From contig OZ025783.1 of NCBI GenBank assembly GCA_964019425.1, forward strand, positions 744,001 to 808,000: DNA of 64,000 nucleotides, in the 5' to 3' direction. The number at the start of each line of letters is the position of its first letter. Within the stretch, counting starts at the first letter, position 1. Below the pieces are notes generated by a model that did not search any database, was not told the DNA's origin, and saw nothing but the letters and a program-made list of their open reading frames with translations. The position numbers and the translations under genes are program-made. Below are positions 46,400-57,411 of the stretch, in pieces. The stretch comes from Flectonema sp. DT1601 (lineage: Eukaryota).

Positions 46400-48366
46400 A
46401 TGGGTCAGCAAGGGTCTGTTGAAGGTGGCGGTGCCGCAACCTCATCGAAAGACGTAATGTCCGCCTGGGTGATTGAAACAAAAACCGGAAAGATGGACGA
46501 CATGATTTGCACTGATAACCTACCCATACCAGTCCCAGAGGCAGGACACGTTCGAATAAAAGTAATGGCTGCATCGCTAAACTATACCGACATAAAGAAA
46601 GGAACTGAAGGAAGTACCTTCCCAATGTCACTCGGAATGGATGGTGCTGGTGTTATTGATTTTATACCAGAAGGGACGGCTTCTCTTCTTCCGGTGGGAT
46701 CGAAAGTTTATTTTAAAATTGATGATAATTCAAAATATGGAACCCTTTCTGAATATACAATAGTACCAGTCGAAAGATTATTTATAATCCAACCGGGTGT
46801 TTCATTTCCTTCTGCTGCTGCCTTACCAACTACAGGATGGGCAGCCTACTACGCATTGCACTACCGCATGAAGGTAACCAGCGGGAAAACAATTTACGTT
46901 ACTGGTGGGGGTGGTGGCATGGGTGGATTTGTATGTCAGCTGTGCAAAGCAGCAGGACTTCGAGTAATAACATCGTGCAGCGCATACAATGCGGAATACG
47001 CTTCAAGCAGAGGAGCTCAAGACATTATCGACTACACTTCTCTTGATGTTAAAACAGAAATAATGAAACTAACCAACGACAGGGGAGTAGACTACTGCTT
47101 AGATATCCTTGACGACACTTCTTCTGTTGACCCAATGAACCTTCTCGCAATAGGAGGACATCTCTGTGTCACAAATAGATTAATAAAACTATCACCATTA
47201 TTGTTAGAAAAGAATATTTCAATTCACTACATCAACATGGCATCCCTATCAAGGTCTGTTACTGACATAAAGCCTATAGCTGATACAGTTATGCACCTCG
47301 TGTCAAAGAGAACACTCGATGACAACATTGGTGAGATTGGTAAATGGAATAGTGTACGCGGAGGTTACAAAACTCTTGAATCTCGTCATGTTAGAGGTAA
47401 ACTCGTTATTAACATTGAACCCGTTCACAGTCGCCGGAAGAAGCTCCAGTCGCAACCAACGTATAAACTGGTTGCTGCAGACCAGCTTAAAAGCCTCGTT
47501 GAATCTCATCCCAACCTCGGATCTTCTCAACTTGCAGAAGATCGCCTGGCCACTGCGTCACAAGTATGTTCTATCATTAAGAAGGACAAAGATTTGGTCC
47601 ACGTTCAGGTCGGAACACTTACTTTTTGGGTTCCGGAAAAGGCCGTGCAACTGTTTCCTGCTGAAGAAAAAAAAGAAACCACTGCTCCTCATATTATAGA
47701 GTCACACGCTGCTCTTACACCAGAACCAGAAGCAAGGCAGGTCGAAACTCCAGCTGAGGTTCCGTCGGAAGTTGAATTTGTGGCGTCAGGTCAGCAACCA
47801 GTAGCTGCTGCTCCGCAAGGGGTTCCTCAAGCACCTGTTCCGGTTGCCCCTGTTCCTGTACAGAATGTGCAACCGCAACAGCAACAGCCTAGACCATCGG
47901 CCGTTACCGTTCCACAAACGGCAGAAGTAGCACAGCAGCTACACCAACAGGATCCTTCAGTCCAACAATACGGAACTCAGCAACCCGCATCCCACTACCA
48001 ACCTGTTGCTGCCCCTCATCCATCACAAAGTTCCACTAGCTACTCTTCTTCTCCTACTGGAGGGGTGACTCGTCCTGTAGCACCTGGTGCTACTGGTAAG
48101 GTTTGTTTTTATTCTTCGCAATTAATTCATGTGTTCTCCTACCAAAACGAAACCTAACTACAGAAATACTTCATCCCAGAACAATATCTCCGCCACGTCG
48201 AGAAGAAGAAGCTGGAGGCCCAGCAGCAGCAAATGCAAAGAGAGGGGACTCAGGTTTGTAAATATACTTTTTAAATAATCCAGTTGATGTTAATAATTGA
48301 GTCGTTGGAAAGGAAGAGAACTTACAACTAAACAGTAATTAAATACAGCAAGCTCATCCTTACTAA
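46400..48366 (+). CDS. MDR-family NADPH-dependent oxidoreductase (quinone oxidoreductase/zeta-crystallin-like) with N-myristoylation motif and Q/P-rich tail; 3 exons (46400-48100, 48164-48253, 48349-48366)
   Basis: VRIKVMAASLNYTD, LGMDGAGVI, AAALPTTGWAAY, VTGGGGGMGG, GVDYCLD, HVRGKLVI; start MGQQGS. The last two exons are inferred from GTTTGT...ACAG introns. Confidence 0.8.
48101..48163 (+). other. Spliceosomal intron, 63 nt
   Basis: GTTTGT...CCTAACTACAG; the next exon is open (KYFIPEQYLRHVEKKKLEAQQQQMQREGTQ). Confidence 0.75.
48254..48348 (+). other. Spliceosomal intron, 95 nt (alternative acceptor at 48335)
   Basis: GTTTGT...TAAATACAG; terminal exon QAHPY*. Confidence 0.55.
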
Positions 48367-48903
48367 GGTCAGCTGCTTTTCTGATCGGAACCTAACCTGA
48401 AACGATAGTCTTAGTAGCCACGTTGAAGTCGTTCTCGCGGCTATTGTACAAAGTATGTTCACGCAAATTGGTTGCAGTTTACTGCGGTGCTTTCAAAAGG
48501 TGTTTCCTCGACCCACAGATACCGCCTATACGTGGTAGTATTGGCTGTTGCAAAAGTGTTTTATTTTTTTTTTATTTTTAAACTCCAGAAAAGCAAAGCA
48601 AAACCAGTTGTAAAAAAGACCTAACAAAATAATGTTGCTGAAACACGCTCATTAAAATTCTTTTTTTTTTATTTTTCCCCCACAAACCTTTCCTTACATA
48701 TTCTTTTTATTTTTTCGAGGTTCCCGCCCTATCTTGCTACCCGAGACGAGATGGAATTAATTGACACTTATGATACCTGTTGCGTGATTCGTTTGGCCAT
48801 GTAACTTCGTTTAGTTTACAGGTAACAATCTTAATTCTAATCATATTAAGATCTCAGACTCACAGTCTCATCAACTATTTTCAACAGCCTCAAAATTCCT
48901 GAG

Positions 48904-50043
48904 ATGGGTCTCCAAACGGGTGCTGCAGCGCTGTTCGGGGCTGCTGTGGGAGCAGCTGGGACATTTGTCTGTTTGAAAAAGAAATTTGAAGAAAACAAAG
49001 AGCAAACATTCCACGAATTTCATGGAGTCAACATCGTGACAGTGTACGCGTCGTCATCAGTGAGGTTGCCTTCTGAATATTTTAGAGATGCTAAAATAGC
49101 GGGTCAAATGATTGCAAAGAAAGGATGGGTTCAAGTAAACGGTGGAGGAAGTGCTGGACTAATGGGCGCGGCAACTGATGGATCACTAGAAGCAGGTGGT
49201 GTAGTGGATTGTGTTATTTTGGATAAGTTTCTCTCAAAAGCTCATAAAGGTGCGCGAAGCATGCGTTGCTGCAACAACATGCCAGACCGAAAGCGTCTAC
49301 TTTATGAGGCTGGAAACGCGTATCTCGCACTCCCAGGTGGTCTTGGAACTTGTGAAGAAGTAATGGAAGTTCTCAGCTGGAGACAGTTGGGATTCCACAA
49401 CTGTCCTATCGCTTTCATTAACACGAATGGTTTCTATTCTCACATTGGTGAACTTTTAGACAACGCAATCGAAAATGGTTTCATTTCAAACGACATTCGC
49501 AGCAGCTACATCATCACAACAGACATCAATAGAGCTCTTCACTTTCTGGAAACATACAAACCTGTTGATATTGATAAGTCGAAGATTCACAGAGGAGATA
49601 TGAGTTCCGAAATGAGTGCTCTTCGTCAGACTGGTGCCTTTCAGCCAATGTCTATTCAGCAGCAGGTACCAGCTCCTCCTGTTAATCTTATTCCAGGAAT
49701 GAGGGTTATGTTAGTAGCAGGCATGCATTGCAATCGCTTTGGAGAGTTACCTGCTGGTAGTATCGGGACAGTTACTAAAACTCCGGGTGATGTTGCCGAC
49801 TCGATTGCGGAAGTTGATTTTGATGGACCAGAGTTCCCGCTTGTTGACGTATTTCAGGGAGCAATTAGAGTACTTCCTTCTGATGCTGCTAGCCCAGGAA
49901 GGCAGCAAAGACAAGAAGCTCCTCCAGCTAATGGCAACTCATCTTCACCTCAACAAACTAGCGACGACGACGACGACGGCGACTCAGAACGCAATGAAAA
50001 GTCTGTTGAGAGCAACAGCAACAGTAACAGCAACGAGGAATAA
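48904..50043 (+). CDS. LOG (Lonely Guy)-family nucleotide phosphoribohydrolase with N-terminal hydrophobic anchor and C-terminal SH3-like domain
   Basis: VTVYASS, NGGGSAGLMGA, MPDRK, LPGGLGTCEEVMEVLSWRQLGFHNCPI.FINTNGFY (PGGxGTxxE signature). Confidence 0.9.
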   Translation: MGLQTGAAALFGAAVGAAGTFVCLKKKFEENKEQTFHEFHGVNIVTVYASSSVRLPSEYFRDAKIAGQMIAKKGWVQVNGGGSAGLMGAATDGSLEAGGVVDCVILDKFLSKAHKGARSMRCCNNMPDRKRLLYEAGNAYLALPGGLGTCEEVMEVLSWRQLGFHNCPIAFINTNGFYSHIGELLDNAIENGFISNDIRSSYIITTDINRALHFLETYKPVDIDKSKIHRGDMSSEMSALRQTGAFQPMSIQQQVPAPPVNLIPGMRVMLVAGMHCNRFGELPAGSIGTVTKTPGDVADSIAEVDFDGPEFPLVDVFQGAIRVLPSDAASPGRQQRQEAPPANGNSSSPQQTSDDDDDGDSERNEKSVESNSNSNSNEE

Positions 50044-50959
50044 AACTCGCGTTGAGTATTGGAGGCACCAAAACTGAAGTACAGATGTAAACACTCTGAG
50101 TACGTTAACGGATTATCAGTGCATCATGTGCTTTCATTGCAGCTTCAATCAAAGAAGGATCAGTTCCTCCGACAGAAATATTAATTTTAATTATCCACAA
50201 GTTACCTGTGTTTTTCTACACGGTGGTTACCAAACTTATTCGTCGTGCTGGTCTCGAATACTTGCAATCTGACTTGCAAAAGGTTGAGAAAAAAAATAAC
50301 AGTACAGCAATAACAGAAGACACGAAGTAATAAACCAGACACGTCTTCTTATCGATTCAATGTTGGCAGTAAAAAAAGATCCGAGAAAAACATTTATAGC
50401 ATCTCACGGAATGGAATACATCGAGGAACTATTTCAGTGATGTGTTTATCTCGACTGGTTTTTTGTCCGAGATATTTAATAAATAATATTTAAAAAAAAA
50501 AAAATGAATAAAAAAAAAAGAAATGAAAACCTCCCTTTGGAAACTGTTTCCTTCATAAGTTTAATTGTGTGTTAGTTCTTTCAGACTTCTGTAAGGGACA
50601 CACGTGAACGTCCTTGGTCAGTTCCTAGTTGCGTTTGCAAGTGGTAATTGATTTTGAGGACGGGAAACAAAAGAAAGGGAAAGAAAAGAAAAATAAAAAG
50701 AATACGAAAAACAGAAAAGAAAACAAATTAGAAAATAAATTGTGCGATGTAAACCTGCGCAACCTGCGCGCACCAATTGATAGTCAGCTTGTTTGCTTGC
50801 CACAGTCGTTTGTAATTTTACAGGTTCCACGAATGAGTTTAATCAGGGTTACGAACAACGTAACCTACGGACGTAATGAATAATTGTGAATAGTTATCAT
50901 CATAGTTAAGTGTTACATTCAATAGGTCTCTTCCCCATATTCTACCCCCCTCCCCCGTT

Positions 50960-51703
50960 ATGCATTCGCAACAATCGCCGACTGAATACAAACGAACCCC
51001 TACCGACGCGTCTCAACAACATGCAGACGATGAAGAAGTGACACTCTGCGTCATGGGATTGCCGAGTAATTTTACCGAAAGAGAGCTATTCTGGATGTTC
51101 GCTACCTTCCCAGGATACTGCTGTGGTAACATCGGCTACTGTGGAGGTTCTGGCAACGGTCCGCTTGCCTTCGTAACGTTCGCAAGTAAAGATGAAGCTG
51201 AAGTAGCGCTTACAAGAGTAAATGGACTACATTGGGAACCTCAAAAAGTAAGAGTCAGAGTTGAGTTTAGTTACAACGCTTGTAGAAATGTACGAAGAGA
51301 TGGCTCCGTGACATCAACAAAGAACCATCATCAGAGTGTTTCTGGGAGAGTACCAAATCATGCAACTCCTCCATGGTGTCCTCCAGTTGGTGGTCAAGGA
51401 TCATTTTATGGATTTAATTATCACAATCAGGTAGCAGCAGTTATTCATCCTCAAGGTAATGATATTCAACATGGTCAACAGCCTTATTATTATCAGCATC
51501 AGTTTCAACATCAGAGAGTTCCTCATTATCATACTCACTGTCCGTATGCTATTCCTCCACCGATGCCAATGAAGAACAATGATGATGCTTGGATCACACC
51601 TGAAGTACTCACTGAAACGAGTAGTAACCCTCACCCAGACAATGTTAGTGAGGTTGATAAAAGTCTGTTGCATCTCGAGAACGGTGAGCAGGTTCAAACA
51701 TAA
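50960..51703 (+). CDS. Single-RRM RNA-binding protein, RBPMS/MEC-8/couch potato-like
   Basis: TLCVMGLPSNFTERELFWMFATFPGY...PLAFVTFASKDEAEVAL...VRVEFS, then a Q/H/P-rich tail. Confidence 0.8.
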   Translation: MHSQQSPTEYKRTPTDASQQHADDEEVTLCVMGLPSNFTERELFWMFATFPGYCCGNIGYCGGSGNGPLAFVTFASKDEAEVALTRVNGLHWEPQKVRVRVEFSYNACRNVRRDGSVTSTKNHHQSVSGRVPNHATPPWCPPVGGQGSFYGFNYHNQVAAVIHPQGNDIQHGQQPYYYQHQFQHQRVPHYHTHCPYAIPPPMPMKNNDDAWITPEVLTETSSNPHPDNVSEVDKSLLHLENGEQVQT

Positions 51704-54119
51704 TCGTCCCATCCGAAAACTTAAATCTCTTTAACAACAAATAATAGCCATGACCGCAAACTAGTTCGGGTAGGTAAAGAGAAATCAACAGAAGTAACAC
51801 TCAGCACTGACTAATAGAACAGAACTTATTACATTGAGTCTATTACCACGCAATTTGATATAATAACGGGGAGGGACCGTTTGATTGGGTTACTTGACCC
51901 AATTTCAATTTTTTTTTTTTTTTTTTTTTTTTTTGGTTTCTGGTTTACCTTCTTTGATACTATCTTGAGACGTATCTTTTGATTAAGTAATTTCAGCTTT
52001 TAATTCATATTTAAGGGACGGGTTTGTTTTCTTTAATAAAGCCGATAAGGTATTTTTGACCTAATAAGGCATTCTCTTATGCAAAAAAAAACTGCTTCAT
52101 AGGCGGTCTTCTGTTTTTCCACCTCTCTTTGCCTGCTCGAACTTGTACTCCTCTCACTTCCGTTCTCCCCTCCCATAGTTTTCTTTTTTTTTTATTCGTT
52201 GTACCTCGTTAAATGATCTGTGGGCGCCTGATGGACACTTTTGAGTTCCTTTTTGGTGAAGCAAGCCTTGAAAGATGAGGTTCCTACTCGGAGAAATACG
52301 AAAATAAGAATTATTATTTTTTTCGTATTGTCTCTACAGAGTTAAGAAGCAGTATTAATTGTTTGAGGGATTTACTGGTATTCAGATGAAGCTTCTCGGC
52401 GCCCCGTCGTCTCTCCGCTATTTCCCCTTTCCTACTCCCAATGAAGTAACCTTTTCTATTTCAAGAGGAAGAACGGTTTTCCTTTTTAAAAAAAAAAAAA
52501 AACGACAACAAAAAAAGGGAAAAAAAAAAAAAAACACAAAAGGAATAAGGACCAGAATGTATGCCTACCAATGCGACTGACATGTCTTGTGTGTCGTACG
52601 CCGCATTTTGACATCTCATCATGTACTTTAGTTAAGTATTTGGTAACATTCGGAACCTTTGTAAGTTGTAGGAAGAAGGGAATAACAGCCGATCGGACAG
52701 AAATTATATTTTTTTTCTTCTTTCGATACTTTATGCTTTAATATATAAAAACAAGAGTCTTTTCCTCTTTATTTGTTACACGCATTCGAGCTGCTCGCAG
52801 CTACATAAAACAATGTTTCTATTTTAATAATTATTTTTAATCACTTTCCGTCTATCCGATCGGCTTCCTTTCCCTACACATATTTTATTTTATTTGCCGA
52901 AACGAGTGAAGTAGGAATAGATCGTTAATAGAAAAGCATACACTAAGAAGTATGAAGCAAGTACACCGATTCTGTTCCATTGCGCCCGTTAGAGATTGAC
53001 ATGCAAACAAATCAAGGATTCTTCCTTTTAAGGGCAACAAAATAAAAAGAAAATAAAGAACGAAAAAGTAGATTTCGTTGTCGTTTGTTGTTGTATTTTT
53101 TTTTGGGGGGAAAGAAAAAAAAACTAAAATAAAAGTTGCTTGGCCCACTTCCATTCTAGCTAAACGTGAGACAAGCTTCGGGGAAAAAACAAAACAGAGA
53201 ACAAAAAACTAAATCGATTACTGTAGTTGGTTGTAGGGTTTCCCGTTTCATGTATAGAGATTTTATTTCATCTATTTCACGAAAGGCTTCCTTTAGTTCG
53301 TAGTAAAGCAAGTCGCCCAACTTGACCAATTGATCAAAGCCACTCCCCTACAACGGTAATGCACACCATCGATTGTCGTTTTGAAACAACCTCAGGATTG
53401 GAGCTACGATTTATAGCATAGAAAAAAAAAATTGAAGGAAAAAGCGGTTTGTCATGAAAAATTGTTCTGCCGCGAGGGGTGACCGCCAATGGGAAGACTG
53501 GAATAGAGAAAATAAAAAAAAGAATAAAATAAATAAAGAAAACCGTTATAAAGAAACTTAAAACTCCTCGTGGCACAAGCGCCAATGTTTCTTGCCCTGC
53601 TTGAGCCCGGGTGGTGTTTTTCACCCCATTATTTATTGTTCCCCTTTTTTTTCATTTTTCTCATCTAACCTGATGCCTTAGACTTTCTGGTTAAACATGA
53701 GCGGAAGAAATTTAGACACCCGTGAAGTGACTTTTAATAATTATTCTTAAGGTACTTGGTAGTGTTCTTTATGATTCATGTTTGTACAACTCGGTTGTAA
53801 TTACACAACACAACGTCCTGCGAGTCACAGCATCTACGTCCCTCCCTTTATTCGTTACTCTGCTAATTATCCCGTTGTCCCCTCCGTCGGGTTTCCCGAT
53901 TTCTAGCCTATTACCATGTTGACTGGGACAAACAAAAAAAAAAAAAAAATGCAAACCATTTTTAATCCATCCATCAAATTCAACTGTTTCTTTTTTTTTT
54001 TTTAACAGGAAAGGTCTATGTTTGGATTATACTTGCTCTGGCGGCCTTGTTGTGTTTTAAACACGGTATGCGGTTCTGATTTTTCATTTTGCAGTTCCAC
54101 CCCTCCCCCAACAAAACAA

Positions 54120-55259
54120 ATGGCCGGCAATAGAGAAATTGTTCTTCACGTAACGGGTCTACCAGCAGATATGACAAAGAGAGAATTGTTCTGGGCGTTT
54201 GGTACTTTTCCGGGGCACATAAACGGTGAGTTGTCAAGCAATGGAACAGATGCATCTGTCATGTTTGAAAGCAGAGAGTTTGCAGAGGTAGCAAAGGCGG
54301 CAACTGACCGGATGGAATTTCGTGTCGATGGAGCTCCTAAAACTACAATTCGAGTAGACCTCGGGAATCAAAAGTCGCGGAATATCAGAAGTGACGGGAA
54401 GATCATCACTCCACCAACACCAACAGAAGCAGTTACTCCTCTCAGTGGATCTCCTCTTACATTACAAAACCCTGTCTTGTATCCGACTTCTGTTATCGCT
54501 GCACCACCCCCACTTCCTCAAACTCAAAATGTGGGGCAACTGACCGGCACTCTGCCAACTCCAACTCCAACTACCGTTCCAGCTACCCCGCCATCTGTTG
54601 TTGTTGGAGGAGTTCCACCACAATTCACAGCACCTTCTTATCAACAGACTATTGGGGTACCTGCTCTACCACAACAGCCTTTAATTTACAACATTCCTCA
54701 ACAGAATCAGACGCAGCTGCAGCAACAGCAACCTCAGCAACCGCGTCAGGCTGTTGACCCGTCAACACCTCTTGCAGCTCCAATTATTACTTCGGGAAAT
54801 GTGGCAGCTGCTGCTATCGGTGCACCAGCTCAACAAGTAAACAACGCAAATCGCTTCTATACCACTCACATGCCTTATGCTGCTGTTGACATGTCGCAAC
54901 CACAGACACAGCAGCCAACACCGCAACTGACACCTCAGCAACCTCAACAGCAGCAGCAATTGTTTGTCCAACCACAACTCCCCGCAGCACCTGCAGCACA
55001 AGAGCGCTCTGGCAACGAAAACTCGCAGACCCTCTATGTCAGCCGCATCCCTGCTGGAGTAACTGAGGCACAAACAAACGCCCTCTTCTCCGGAGTTCAG
55101 GTCACTAAAATAAAACGCTCAGGTAGCAAGGCCTGGCTGTTCTTCGCTTCAAAGGAAATTGCAGACATTGCGATGGTACAGTTAAATAATTATTCTTTTA
55201 TTCCGAATGAACAGCAGTTGAAGGTTGTATATGCTAGGAATGAGATGAGAGGTTCTTAG
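54120..55259 (+). CDS. Two-RRM RNA-binding protein, paralogue of 50960-51703
   Basis: RRM1 VLHVTGLPADMTKRELFWAFGTFPG; P/Q-rich linker; RRM2 TLYVSRIPAG...AWLFF...LKVVYARN. Start placed at ATG 54120, after the acceptor-like ttttcattttgcAG (54094). Confidence 0.8.
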   Translation: MAGNREIVLHVTGLPADMTKRELFWAFGTFPGHINGELSSNGTDASVMFESREFAEVAKAATDRMEFRVDGAPKTTIRVDLGNQKSRNIRSDGKIITPPTPTEAVTPLSGSPLTLQNPVLYPTSVIAAPPPLPQTQNVGQLTGTLPTPTPTTVPATPPSVVVGGVPPQFTAPSYQQTIGVPALPQQPLIYNIPQQNQTQLQQQQPQQPRQAVDPSTPLAAPIITSGNVAAAAIGAPAQQVNNANRFYTTHMPYAAVDMSQPQTQQPTPQLTPQQPQQQQQLFVQPQLPAAPAAQERSGNENSQTLYVSRIPAGVTEAQTNALFSGVQVTKIKRSGSKAWLFFASKEIADIAMVQLNNYSFIPNEQQLKVVYARNEMRGS

Positions 55260-57379
55260 TGGACTAGGGAGTAACAAGAATGAATAACTTGCGCGCTTAC
55301 GGTAACAGCCGTACCGGTACTGTTTAGCCGGTATTACCAGCTTAGGGGCATACAGATGTGACACTAGTGAGACGATGGGTTGCACATTCGAAGCAGCCTC
55401 TGAACTCGCTGAACCTCGCCACAAGCTCTTTTTTTATCATTTCTTGTCTTGTGAAAAATGAGCTTTTTTTTTTTTTTTTTTTTGAATATTTTTTTCTTTT
55501 CATTCTTCATCCTGTAATCAATATCTGTGTAACCCCTAACAAATCCCACTGAGGCTTTCTACTGTAGCTGGGATAATTCTTCTATGCAGCCTTGTATTAG
55601 TTTAGCTGCCGTGATTTGCTGTTTGTGTCGCGTTCAGTTCTCTTCTTTCTATTGCCACATACTGCCAATGACTTCCTTAAATTGCTAGGTGTTTTGTTCT
55701 TTGAGTGACGTTTTTTTTATACTGCGTTTCTTCTCTTGGGTGGACCCTCTTGGAAAACACGAGAAAAAAGAAGGAAAAATAAACAAAAAATGAAACTAAA
55801 AAATGTTCTGAATGAGTGGTGTATTGCTTTTCCAGCTACCATCATATATAAAATTATGTCATCTGACTGCCAACCCCTCGCTACTCCCTTTGTTTTTTTT
55901 TTTTGCCTTCCCTTTTCCTTTTTTCACGAAAAAAAGAAGAAATTGATGGCTAACACGTGTAAACCCTGTTTTTCATGAAAAAAAGAAAAAAAAACTCATA
56001 TGGTTTTTTTTCGATGGGGGACAAAGTTTCGTTTTTTTTTTTTTTTTTTTTTTTTTTTCATTTCTAAAAAAAAAAACGAAACTTTGATAATAATTTATGA
56101 ATACAGGAATTATATACCGTTTTGCTGAGAAGAAACGTAGACTAACGAAATTTGAGGATGCCTATGGCAAGCAAACCTTGAGCAAAACTATCTAGCTTTT
56201 TTTCGTTGAAGCTGTAAATGGGTTTGTCATTTCTTGTTTATGATAAAAAACACTGGATTTATTGCCTTCTTTATATTTTTTAACCAACCAAGGAACATAA
56301 AAAAAAAGCAATTATTTCTTTTTTTTCTACCTGTTTAGTGTGGTTAGTTTATTTTTAACTGTGTGTACAATCCCTTTGGTCAGCAGCATGCTCTCTGTGC
56401 TGACCAAAGGCCGCTTGTCGTAGGATAAATTTAATTATTTTTTATCCATTTCGTTCTCTATGTTAGTTCTTTTCTTTATCGCTTGTGCTCTTCATTTTTA
56501 AGGGGAAGAGTGAATAGACGAATTTAAAAAAAATTGAAAAAAAAAAAAAAAAAAAAGATAATTTGGAAGATGAACATGTGGAAATGGAGGCAGAATGAAG
56601 CATTAGAGGTTTCTTCATCACTTCACCCTTGTTTTTTGAATTCCTAGACTCTGCTCATAGGGAGGGAGGGGAAAAAAAAAAATTTGATAACAAAAAAAAA
56701 AAATAAAACTTTAAAAAAAAAATCCCAAAAAAAAAAAAATTTAAGAAAAAAAATGAAACGAATAGACATCGGTTATAAAGCGCTGTCAAGGCCTTTTCTA
56801 TTCCCTTCTTCCAGTAATTACCATCACTCACACTTATTTTGCTTGATTCCTTTAAACTGTACTTACGATGTTCTGCACAACACCTGTCTGTGACTGATCA
56901 AGAAACGAAATAAACGAAAAAAAAAAAAAAAAAAAACAAAGAAATCAACAAAAAAAAAAAAAAATTCACGATATCGGGGGGTGCCTTCTCCTCAAGGAGG
57001 ATGTCCTATGGTTTGCAGCTTGAGAGCTTACCCTAGGTTTTCTTTCCTACCTAGAACACGAATTGCTTTCACAAAAAAAAAAAAAAAAGAGGGAAAAATA
57101 AATAACTAAAAGAATTAAGAAAAGTGAACCCCCTCCCCACGAAAGAAATTATTTTTAAAAAAAATAAACACTCACGCACTATTATTTTATTATTAACACA
57201 CAAAACAAAAAAAAAGCATTCTGAACAGGAATGTTAACTTGCTAAGTGAATTTATCCAGGATCTCTTCACAGATCGTAACATCTAAACACATACCCATAT
57301 TATTAGGTAGTTGTCCTTGTCTTGTTTGTTTTGTTTTGAATTTTAGCTGATCCGTTTCCCGTAATTGTAACCAAAGAGA

Positions 57380-57411
<32 letters not shown>

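Noticed and set aside
42370..50043. IMPDH-LOG as a purine metabolic gene cluster
   Set aside because: Separated by two unrelated genes, and neighbours in such directional clusters are generally not functionally linked.
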